From contig CATNEN010000038.1 of the NCBI GenBank assembly GCA_950097015.1, positions 2,108,001-2,172,000 of the forward strand: 64,000 bases of DNA, written 5' to 3'. The first letter of the stretch is position 1; each line of letters opens with the position of its first letter. This stretch comes from Macrostomum hystrix (taxonomy: Eukaryota > Animalia > Platyhelminthes). The notes beneath the pieces are model-generated. The model saw only the letters and a list, made by a program, of their open reading frames with translations. It was not told the origin of the DNA and did no database searches. Below are positions 38,404-49,671 of this stretch, one piece after another. The translations under genes were made by a program, and so were the position numbers.

Positions 38404-38892
38404 ATGTCTTGCCAGCAGAAGCCGCCGTCACTGGAAGCAATGTTCCACTCGGCCTGCAGCCGTGACGGCATTCAACGGGTCTCCTCCGCGTCGTCACCCG
38501 GCGACGGTGCAGGAGTTCGACGCCTCAACAACTTCCTAAGCAGATTGAAAAGCATATTCTGTAGCTGTTGCTGCTGTTGCTGCTGCCGCTGCTGCCGCTG
38601 TAGCTGCAGCTGTTGGCAGAGCAGTCGGGAAGGCCGATTGAAGTACCACCAGCCCCTGCGCAGTCAGAGCCGCTCGCCGCTGCATCAGGTGACGCCGTCG
38701 TCAACCCTGCTGCTGGACTCAAGCGCGATGGGCTGCCGGCGTCTGGAGATCGATAGCGACGACGACGACCGGGTCTCGCTGAGCGATGGAAGACGTCTTC
38801 AGTCTCAGTTGCGCAAATTGCTCAGCCAGCCTGGTGACGCCAATGACGATAAAGCCCTGGCAGGACGAAGCAGCTGCAACAAACGCCACAAA
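38404..38892 (+). CDS. Probable first coding exon of an unidentified gene, with a cysteine string
   Basis: GC-rich and coding-like. ATG at 38404. CSCCCCCCCRCCRCSCSC tract. Candidate donor AAA|GTGAGA at 38893, followed by a minisatellite as in other introns here. Confidence 0.45.
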
Positions 38893-38967
38893 GTGAGAAC
38901 AGAAAGCCTATTGTCTCACTGCGGGGTCACAGTGTCCGCGGCTCATCACTCTACACCAGAAACCCAC

Positions 38968-40037
38968 TTGAGTGACAGAATCAGACCAGAGAGACATAAT
39001 CCCACCAGAGTGGCAGAATCCAAAAGTGACAGAATCTCAACAGAGTAACAGAATCCCACTAGAGTGACAGAATTCCACTAGAGTGACAGAATCACACTAG
39101 AGTAACAGAATCCCACTAGAGTAACAGAATCCCACTAGAGTAACAGAATCCCACTAGAGTGACAGATTCCCACTAGAGTGACAGAATCCCACTAGAGAAA
39201 CAGAATCCCACTAGAGTAACAGAATCCCACTAGAGTAACAGAATCCCACTAGAGTAACAGAATCCCACTAGAGTAACAGAATCCCACTAGAGTGACAGAA
39301 TTCCACTAGAGTGACAGAATCCCACTAGAGTGACAGAATCCCACTAGAGTGACAGATTCCCACTAGAGTGACAGAATCCCACTAGAGAAACAGAATCCCA
39401 CTAGAGTAACAGAATCCCACTAGAGTAACAGAATCCCACTAGAGTAACAGAATCCCACTAGAGTAACAGAATCCCACTAGAGTAACAGAATCCCACTAGA
39501 GTGACAGAATTCCACTAGAGTGACAGAATCCCACTAGAGTGACAGAATCCCACTAGAGTGACAGAATCCCACTAGAGTGACAGAATTCCACTAGAGTGAC
39601 AGAATTCCACTAGAGTGACAGAATACCACAAGAGTGGCAGAATCCAAAAGTGACAGAATCCAAGAGTGACAGAATCCAAGAGTGACAGAATGCAAGAGTG
39701 ACAGAATCCAAGAGTGACAGAATCCAAGAGTGACAGAATCCAAGAGTGACAGAATCCAAGAGTGACAGAATCCAAGAGTGACAGAATGCAAGAGTGACAG
39801 AATCCAAGAGTGACAGAATGCAAGAGTGACAGAATCCAAGAGTGACAGAATGCAAGAGTGACAGAATCCAAGAGTGACAGAATGCAAGAGTGACAGAATC
39901 CAAGAGTGACAGAATCCAAGAGTGACAGAATCCAAGAGTGACAGAATCCAAGAGTGACAGAATCCAAGAGTGACAGAATCCAAGAGTGACAGAATGCAAG
40001 AGTGACAGAATCCAAGAGTGACAGAATCCAAGAGTGA
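38968..40037 (+). repeat. Compound minisatellite: 19-bp unit switching to a related 16-bp unit
   Basis: AGAGTGACAGAATCCCACT (to about 39620), then AGAGTGACAGAATCCA. Confidence 0.95.
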
Positions 40038-40404
40038 TTGTGGCAATTTCCAAAAAGATCTCGCAATTCAATCAAATCCCGCAGCCCAGTAGCAAAAAAG
40101 TAACAATAACGATATTATATATTTTTTTACTAGCTTTTTTTGCCCGTTGTTTTTGGGGCAGAAATTTAAAGCAAAGCAGTAAGCAATTCACGTCTCTGTA
40201 TTAACTTTATAGTGAAGGTCACCATTTATTTATTTACTGCATTAATGAAAAGTGAAGAGTTTGTTTAAGGGCGTTTTAAGTAAAAAATAAGTGAAAAGTT
40301 TGTCCAAAAAGCCCCCTCTTGATTACTTCTTTAGAAACATGTCTCTTAGCCACTCCTCTATACAGTCAGTGGCAGATCCAGGAATTTTGTTTTGGGGCGG
40401 TCTG

Positions 40405-42325
40405 TCAGGGGTTTGTTTGTCGTTTGTCATTCTTTGTCGCCGATGGGTTTCCAGTGCGAATGTCAATTTGCCTGATGTTGATGTGGTACCCATCCTCTCC
40501 GTCCCAGAAAATAAGCGGATACTGCAATGTATCATAGGCTTTGTGCAGCTCAGAAATCCTTTGCAACTGATTGCTTCGCAGCTGCAGAACAATGTCTCGC
40601 TTCTCAAATTCCTGCCCAACAATTTGAATTGCGACATCGTTAACAACTGGTGCGTTATATCTCCTCTCATGCTGGCCTGCAGGCCGTTTATCAGCACGAA
40701 TGACTACTCTGTGCTCCTCTGTGTCCCGTGGCAACCTCTCCATGGCAGTTTTAAATTGACGAACATAATTATTTTTCTCGTGCAGGACTTCCTGTAACTC
40801 AAATACAATGTTGGCACGCACTCCTGGAGCGATTCTACATCGGCGCTCAACCTGCTCTTGATGATCTCCCATGAAGTAGATCTGCAGGAACTTTGGCTCC
40901 TCTCCAGGCAGTGGTAGCAATGATCCTGTCATGGTACACCTGACCTTGGACTTTGAATGCAGGCATGAACCCTGGCTCACGGACAATACTTTTAGCTCCA
41001 AAAGAAGTCATTTGAAAGCAGCTGTTGTAGCACCGGATATTAGACAGAAAGTGCTCAGATTCTTCTGTCTCACCCAGCAACAGATGCCGAAGGCATGGTG
41101 GCAGGTTCTCGTTCAAAGGTTCAAGTATGACCTTTCCGTTGGAACAGCATATGCCTGGAGTTTCGTTGGCCCATCTTAATGCATGGCAGCGTGCGCATTT
41201 GACCGACATTCTCGCCATCGCAAGTTTAGGATGGACACCATAGACAACAGTGGTATCATAACTCAGAGCCGCATTCAGTGCCCAATGACGTGGGCCAGCT
41301 GGCTGATCAGGTTCGTCAACGTTGGGGTTTGTTGGAGCCGGGGGTGGTCCAACAAATTGGAAGGTCTCATCGCGTTCCCTATGTCGCTCTCGATCATCCT
41401 GCCGACGCACTTCAGCCTGGTTGGCTGTTTCATTGCGACGGGCCTCGGCAGTCCGGTCTCTGTTCTGTTCTTGGCGCTGCTGTGTCTGGACTGCAGTCTC
41501 ATTGCGACGGGCCTCGGCAGTCCGGTCTCTGTTCTGTTCTTGGCGCTGCTGTGTCTGGACTGCAGTCTCATTGCGACGGGCCTCGGCAGTCCGGTCTCTG
41601 TCCAGTTCTTGGCGCTGCTGTGTCTGGACTGCAGTCTCATTGCGACGGGCCTCGGCAGTCCGGTCTCTGTCCAGTTCTTGGCGCTGCTGTGTCTGGACTG
41701 CAGTCTCATTGCGATGGGCCTCGGCAGTCCGGTCTCTGTTCTGTTCTTGGCGCTGCTGTGTCTGGACTGCAGTCTCATTGCGACGGGCCTCGGCAGTCCG
41801 GTCTCTGTCCAGTTCTTGGCGCTGCTGTGTCTGGACTGCAGTCTCATTGCGACGGGCCTCGGCAGTCCGGTCTCTGTCCAGTTCTTGGCGCTGCTGTGTC
41901 TGGACTGCAGTCTCATTGCGATGGGCCTCGGCAGTCCGGTCTCTGTTCTGTTCTTGGCGCTGCTGTGTCTGGACTGCAGTCTCATTGCGACGGGCCTCGG
42001 CAGTCCGGTCTCTGTTCTGTTCTTGGCGCTGCTGTGTCTGGACTGCAGTCTCATTGCGACGGGCCTCGGCAGTCCGGTCTCTGTCCAGTTCTTGGCGCTG
42101 CTGTGTCTGGACTGCAGTCTCATTGCGACGGGCCTCGGCAGTTCGCTCTCTGTTAAGCTCTCGTCGCCTATCTACGTCTCTGCCGTGACTGGCTGTAGAA
42201 CTTATTGCAGCTCCAGCACTGCTTCCACTGGTGCCTGATGTCTGTGCTCTTGTCCGAGGTCGAAGGTTATAAGGCTGGACTGGCTCAGCTTCATTTTCAC
42301 TTGAAGCTGCTTGTGGCTGTGCTGA
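40405..42325 (-). pseudogene. Helitron RepHel N-terminal region (STPR-like repeats, Zn motif, pre-Rep conserved region); frameshift near 40930; truncated before the HUH and helicase domains
   Basis: CARCHA..W..E..GICCSNGKV, FL.NIRCYNSCFQMTSFG, FKVQGQVYH, GSLLP..GEEPKFLQIY and YDTLQYPLIFWDGEDGY. Confidence 0.88.
41430..42160 (-). repeat. 69-bp coding repeat giving 23-aa STPR-like units (about 10-11 copies)
   Basis: ETAVQTQQRQELDRDRTAEARRN repeats in the Helitron frame. Confidence 0.9.
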
Positions 42326-42410
42326 ACGTCCTATTTTCCAGTACCAGTAACAGTACCAGTACCGGAAAAAATAAAAGTTAAAACAAATGGTCGTAACATC
42401 GAAAAATATT

Positions 42411-44349
42411 AATTGCCATGGCTGTAGATGAAGCACGTGCAATTTCAGCTTCCTACAGCATCCAGCGCCGGAGCAGTGGACCCTTAAAGTGCGTCTCCCC
42501 ACCCCAGCCATAGAAGCCTCTGTTACTAAGGTCATGAGGACCCTTATTGCGCCAGCATGACTGGTCAGGGGCAACTAATAACCATCAGAGCATCAATTGC
42601 CATGGCTGTAGATGAAGCACGTGCAATTTCAGCTTCCTACAGCATCCAGCGCCGGAGCAGTGGACCCTTAAAGTGCGTCTCCCCACCCCAGCCATAGAAG
42701 CCTCTGTTACTAAGGTCATGAGGACCCTTATTGCGCCAGCATGACTGGTCAGGGGCAACTAATAACCATCAGAGCATCAATTGCCATGGCTGTAGATGAA
42801 GCACGTGCAATTTCAGCTTCCTACAGCATCCAGCGCCGGAGCAGTGGACCCTTAAAGTGCGTCTCCCCACCCCAGCCATAGAAGCCTCTGTTACTAAGGT
42901 CATGAGGACCCTTATTGCGCCAGCATGACTGGTCAGGGGCAACTAATAACCATCAGAGCATCAATTGCCATGGCTGTAGATGAAGCACGTGCAATTTCAG
43001 CTTCCTACAGCATCCAGCGCCGGAGCAGTGGACCCTTAAAGTGCGTCTCCCCACCCCAGCCATAGAAGCCTCTGTTACTAAGGTCATGAGGACCCTTATT
43101 GCGCCAGCATGACTGGTCAGGGGCAACTAATAACCATCAGAGCATCAATTGCCATGGCTGTAGATGAAGCACGTGCAATTTCAGCTTCCTACAGCATCCA
43201 GCGCCGGAGCAGTGGACCCTTAAAGTGCGTCTCCCCACCCCAGCCATAGAAGCCTCTGTTACTAAGGTCATGAGGACCCTTATTGCGCCAGCATGACTGG
43301 TCAGGGGCAACTAATAACCATCAGAGCATCAATTGCCATGGCTGTAGATGAAGCACGTGCAATTTCAGCTTCCTACAGCATCCAGCGCCGGAGCAGTGGA
43401 CCCTTAAAGTGCGTCTCCCCACCCCAGCCATAGAAGCCTCTGTTACTAAGGTCATGAGGACCCTTATTGCGCCAGCATGACTGGTCAGGGGCAACTAATA
43501 ACCATCAGAGCATCAATTGCCATGGCTGTAGATGAAGCACGTGCAATTTCAGCTTCCTACAGCATCCAGCGCCGGAGCAGTGGACCCTTAAAGTGCGTCT
43601 CCCCACCCCAGCCATAGAAGCCTCTGTTACTAAGGTCATGAGGACCCTTATTGCGCCAGCATGACTGGTCAGGGGCAACTAATAACCATCAGAGCATCAA
43701 TTGCCATGGCTGTAGATGAAGCACGTGCAATTTCAGCTTCCTACAGCATCCAGCGCCGGAGCAGTGGACCCTTAAAGTGCGTCTCCCCACCCCAGCCATA
43801 GAAGCCTCTGTTACTAAGGTCATGAGGACCCTTATTGCGCCAGCATGACTGGTCAGGGGCAACTAATAACCATCAGAGCATCAATTGCCATGGCTGTAGA
43901 TGAAGCACGTGCAATTTCAGCTTCCTACAGCATCCAGCGCCGGAGCAGTGGACCCTTAAAGTGCGTCTCCCCACCCCAGCCATAGAAGCCTCTGTTACTA
44001 AGGTCATGAGGACCCTTATTGCGCCAGCATGACTGGTCAGGGGCAACTAATAACCATCAGAGCATCAATTGCCATGGCTGTAGATGAAGCACGTGCAATT
44101 TCAGCTTCCTACAGCATCCAGCGCCGGAGCAGTGGACCCTTAAAGTGCGTCTCCCCACCCCAGCCATAGAAGCCTCTGTTACTAAGGTCATGAGGACCCT
44201 TATTGCGCCAGCATGACTGGTCAGGGGCAACTAATAACCATCAGAGCATCAATTGCCATGGCTGTAGATGAAGCACGTGCAATTTCAGCTTCCTACAGCA
44301 TCCAGCGCCGGAGCAGTGGACCCTTAAAGTGCGTCTCCCCACCCCAGCC
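42411..44349 (+). repeat. 184-bp satellite array, left arm (about 10.5 copies)
   Basis: AATTGCCATGGCTGTAGATG recurs at 42411, 42595 and onward; copies look identical. Confidence 0.97.
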
Positions 44350-44798
44350 GTATGGCCTTGTGGCAAATTCAGATATGCGCGAATTAGCCAATTTTATAGT
44401 TTCTTTGGCGGCATATCTTAATTGAACAGTGAACATGCATCCTTTTTTAAGCCTCCACGTTGCTTACTCCTCGTCCATTGTTGTGCAGGATTTGCTTTTA
44501 ATTGTTAGGTTTAGTCTCTTTAAACTCCACTGGCGCTGTATTCTTATCCCAGTGTATTACGAGCGTGCCTTCCTAATGCTATTGTTAAGTCTTAAATGGT
44601 TTTAATTTTCTGACAGCTTACTGTACCTGACCTTCGTAATTTACTCCCTTTTAATTGGATGATTGTTGGCCTTCAATTTCACTGGCTATGGTGAGGAGTG
44701 GGGGTTTTCGAGCAGGGCAAATACGCTCGTATAAAGGAACTCAATACTCCGCGCAGTGTCATAAAATATTATCAATAAGGAACCTCACTTGGAACGCC

Positions 44799-47700
44799 AT
44801 GCTTCGAATTTTTGTTGTATCGCTTCTCTTTACCTCCTGCATTGCTTTTAAACGAGGAAAACTTAGCACTGTACATCTATCACCGCTTATTTTTGGTGAA
44901 TATGAAGAATCGGAGCTTTGCTCCTCTTCCTACCACGATCCTAAATCCATATGGGGTCAGATCGTTCTGAAACTTGATTTCAAAAACTCCCTTTTGAATC
45001 GCAAGACTGTCTACGAATACTATCGGCGTCACGCTAGAGGTAAGTTTGGCTTTGCTGATTGCCTTTCATGTACGTGCATGCATATGTACTGCTTGTGAAT
45101 GACGGTCACATCCAGGGGAGTCAAAACACATGTGGCCTAAATGAAAAGAATGACTCAAGATTGTTGCGATCCCATAGAATGTGTCACTAACTCCTTATTG
45201 CTTCAGTACAATCAGCTGTAAAATGAGTACGAGTATGAAGGGTTGCCACCCACAAATCTTTGGACTGAACAACAGTCATTAGATGCGTCGCGTAATCTGC
45301 AGCTGTGCTGTCGGTTGCAAATCTCGCATAGGGGCCAGGTGTAGAACGTTATCGTAATCACTATTATTACTATTAGTCGAACAGGCAATCGACATTAAAA
45401 TTTTCTCTTTAACTGTAATGGGTTGGGATCACTTTCTACTTAAAAGTATACTGTAGAATGGCACCAATGTCAGACAAAGTAAACTGACGTGAACACCACG
45501 AGAAAACTACAAGTTGGCTATCAGCTCATCAGAACATAAATTTATCTGAATACATTGCTGCTTTAATTATCACATGATTTTGGGGCTCTAAGCCTACTTT
45601 ATTATTTTGCACTATAAGGATCCAATTATTTCCAAAATTTTCCTTCCAGAGCAGCAGCGCGCGGCAGGAGCTTCACCTCCAGCAGCAGCTGAGCGCACGG
45701 ATGGAGCGCCAACTCCAGCGGCAGCGGAGCAGCGCGCGGCAGCAGCTCCACCTCCAGCGGCAGCTGGGCGCACGGATGGAGCGCCAACTCCAGCGGCAGC
45801 GGAGCAGCGCGCGGCAGCAGCTCCACCTCCAGCGGCAGCTGGGCGCACGGATGGAGCGCCAACTCCAGCGGCAGCGGAGCAGCCTTTATCAGATGAAGGC
45901 TCTTTTCAGGTGAGCGATCCCACTTCTGACAATCAATCTATCTCGAAGGATTCTGATCACCAATTAAAATTTAACATTTCAATAAGCGGAAAAGAGTGGT
46001 TTGACGGGGCTAGGTTTCATAAAGCAAAAACCTACGTGTTTACAAAGGATTCATCCATGTGGTGGATGTCAACTTTAAGGAAACTATTAGCAAGCATTGA
46101 GGATCATGAAGTATCAGGATGCATTCTAAAATTTAAAAACCGTTACATCAATGATCCTTCTGTTTCAATGCGAGCTAAAAAATACTTCATAAGACAGCTT
46201 GCCCAATGTCAGCATTCAACGTGCAACAAAAAGTTTGAATTTATATTAAAAGCATTGCCAAGAACGGCAAATGTAGATGTTACGCTATCAGTTTCAACAC
46301 AAGGACAGAAAAGGCACGACTTTCCAACTCTAAGTAAAGTTACAGCTGTTGAAGCAGAAAAATTTAAAGAGCTGTTGAAAGAAAAAAGTCCGGCTGAACT
46401 GTATGACGAGCTTTTGGCGTCAATGACAGAAAAAGAGATAGACGAGAATGACTTTTCGCGCGTCAAATCTCTTCCAGCTATTCGGCGAATTAACGCGAAG
46501 CTAGAAGTCAAAGAAGAAGGACGCGTGCACAAAAATGTCATTAAAGAACTTCATATTATGCAAAAAATTATGCGAAATACGGACATTGAAAGTAAATCCA
46601 TAAAAGGCTTCATTCAAAGCTTTGAGTTCGATCCGTTTCTAATAACGTTGTACTCAGAAAAGCAGTTAAACTTACTGGCTGACCGGCCCGGGTGCGTTTT
46701 ACATTTAGATGCGACAGGTGGAGTTCATCGAATCATCGAACATGTAAAAAAGCCATGCCTCATCTACTCGCTGCTTCTACCATCGAAAAGCGGAAACACT
46801 CGCAGCATTCCTATTGCAGAGATGGTTTCTACGATTCAAACAACTCCAAAAATAAGCAATTTTCTGTTTAGTGTCCGCTGTGATCTCGCAAGGCTTATCG
46901 GTCGAAACTCTGTGATGCGAAGGGAATGTTTGCCGGGCATCATTGTCACAGATTTTTCCTGGGCACTGCTGCACTCAGTGTGCCATGCCTTTGGCAGTGA
47001 GTTGGAGAGCTACTTAAATGAAGCTTACAATGCCGTAAAAACCAACACACTGGTTGACCATCCTATACCTTTTGTTTGCACCAATCATGTTATCAAAGCG
47101 TTTATTCGCGGACTAGGTGAAATTCCACAGGCAAAGAATACAGATAAAAGTATGAAGGAAATTCTTGTATCAGCGTTTGTATACCTCATTCATCAGGAGA
47201 CCTTCGCGGGCTTTGAGAGCACCATTAATCTGATTATTGAGGAATTCACGTCTGACCAAAATCTAAAAAAGCTTCGTGAAAGGCTTAAGCAATGGGACAC
47301 ATCTGTGTCGCACGTTTTAGAATCAGAATCTGACCGCACGCCATCTGATGTTGAAGACGAAAGTCTCAGCGAAGATGAAAAAAAAATAACCCAAGAACGC
47401 AAGAAAGCCGATAGAAAAACGATTCGAAACTGCTCGCCATTTATGAAACATTTTTCATATTTGTTAAAATCAGTTAGATCTCCTGCAGAGCATGTAATCG
47501 CGCCTGAATTACTTGAATACCTAATCAAGCACTGGCTTCCACTGGCCCCTCTATTTGCGATGTTTATATGTGAGATAAAAAGTTTTGAAAAGATCGACAG
47601 CTGGTATTCTAATGCTTTTGTGGAGTCGTACTTTCGTGAATTGAAGAAAAATAAAGCCACGAGAAGTTCTCGGCTTAAGATATGTGCATTCACTGAGCAG

Positions 47701-48747
47701 CAATTCCAGTATGTACTACGCCGCGTGAAAGGTTTCTCGATTCTTGCGGACAAACGTGCCCCTAAATTATCCAGTCAAAGAAATGAAGAAAGCGCACAAG
47801 AAGCGAAAGAGCAGTGGGGCAGGAAGCCCACAAGACAGCGAACTAAATATAAGCGACCAAGCTCACCGATTCTAAAGCCCGAGACGACCAAGAAAAAGTC
47901 ACGACATGTAAAACCGCCCCAGAACGAACCAGAATCAAGAGGCAAACCAAAGGAGAGCTTTATTTGGAAGACTACTACGAATGACGTAATCGTAGACTTC
48001 GACAAAGAATCACTACAGCCAAATGCGTGGGTTTCGCTTGGATCAGTCAATGCATTCGTAAATATTCTTTGTGAGAGCAATCCTAGAAGTCACATTCGAC
48101 TCCTAAAGTGCAGCTTTTTCGAACAGCTACTAAGAGACGACAGCGCCGCAGCAGCTCAGAGCCTCTTGGACTGCGCTGACTCAACTGCGACTAAAATTCT
48201 GTGTCCAGTTCTGCTGAACTATCACTACTTTTTAGTTTACGTCAACCTGCAAACCAAGGAATTTTCGCTTCTTGATCCCATGGTGCAAAATGAATCTCGC
48301 CGAACGAATCAGTACCTAGAAGCATGGCAAAAATTTGCAGGCAGTCAAGAAATACAAAATATAATGCCCAGCGCATATGGGCAGTACAAGAAGCGCTCGT
48401 TTCTTCACTCCATGCAAAAGGATTCATACAACTGCGGTGTTTTTGTCTGTCTGTTTGCTAAGATGTTAATTATAGGATCAGCAGCAGGATTTAGCAACTT
48501 AATGATTCCGACCAGCCAGAGGTTTTTTAATGCTGCTCGAAATTACATTTGGAAAACGATTGAAAGCAACTGTCAGAAATTATCGATGGAATCAGACACT
48601 TGCAAAGTATGCAAGGGCAGCACCAGAAGTGAGACATTTTGGATCCAGTGCGATCTCTGTGATGCCTGGATTCACAGTCGATGCGCCGAATCCGAATTAT
48701 TGATTCGTCATCAATCTGGTGCCTTTGTGTCTTGCTGCACTAATTGA
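44799..48747 (+). CDS. NOF/MULE-like DDE transposase fused to a Ulp1 (C48) protease and a PHD finger; exons 44799-45039 and 45650-48747 (about 1112 aa)
   Basis: LHLDATG (D ~46708), IIVTDFSWAL (D ~46951), CTNH (CxxH), SNAFVESYF (E ~47623). PVLLNYHYFLV..LLDPM..QKDSYNCGVFVC. CKVC..WIQCDLCDAWIHSRC. A phase-1 GT-AG intron joins the two exons in frame. Confidence 0.85.
45652..45883 (+). repeat. 75-bp coding repeat, 3 copies (Ala/Pro-rich linker)
   Basis: EQRAAAAPPPAAAGRTDGAPTPAAA units. Confidence 0.85.
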
Positions 48748-49671
48748 TCGAGTCTTCGGCGTTTTGGCTCAGGCCTCAGCACCGCGAGTCACATTCGCTT
48801 TCGTATCAATAGCTTTTCCTAATCAATTTTTAGCTGAAGTGCCACAGATTAAAACCGTTGCATATTGAGTGGTACCATGCTAAACTATACTTAGTAGTAT
48901 ATAGATTCCATTTCTTATGCACAAATGTGTTTTCTTATTTTGCATGCTTGCTCACCAAGAAGGTTGGCTCATCAGTTGTACCTGTATTTTGCCGTTTATT
49001 CGCTGTTTCTCATTCCATTTTTTATGTGTGCATCATATAGCTTCAGTGGTAACAGTTGCTCATTTTGCTTACATCGCTAAAAAACAATTATTTTCGATTT
49101 GGTCTGTATGGGACTCAACTCACCAACAGCTTTGACATTCTCCAGTCATAGCCAACAGATCCCTGACCAAGCATGTGTTGAATGAAAATAGATTATTAGG
49201 CATTAGAGAGGTAGTTTCCAACAAAGAAACTACCATGCTAGTCATAGAAGGTAGCTTTTTATGATAAGCGTAGTCGACTACAATAATGTAAATTCTACTT
49301 AGCAAAAAAAATTTTGGTGAAATATGAAAAATATTATTTTAAAATTTTGTTTTCATTTCAGTTCACAACTAAAAATTAGCAAACTATTTTTAATAATTGT
49401 GTTTAAAACTCAAAGCAGCTATGCTTTGTGATCATAGCATAATACGAATGAAAAACTTTGTGAGTAACTTCGCCAAAGTCGGTCCCAAGCCCGATTTAAA
49501 AAGAAGGAGGGTGCACATATGCCTAATTTACTGCACTAAACGAATCCAATAATTAACTCTGCCAACAAAATACTTCAAAACCCTTCTGCACCAGTAACAA
49601 ACCTTCAGAACCCTGTCACATCTTTGTCCCGGCATTTTCAACGAACCTTTCACACGTTTTAAAGGGTCGTC

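Noticed and set aside
39572-40075. Three overlapping minus-strand ORFs
   Set aside because: Translations of the 16-bp repeat.
41183-42238. Plus-strand hydrophobic and Cys-rich repeat ORFs
   Set aside because: Antisense shadows of the 69-bp Helitron coding repeat.
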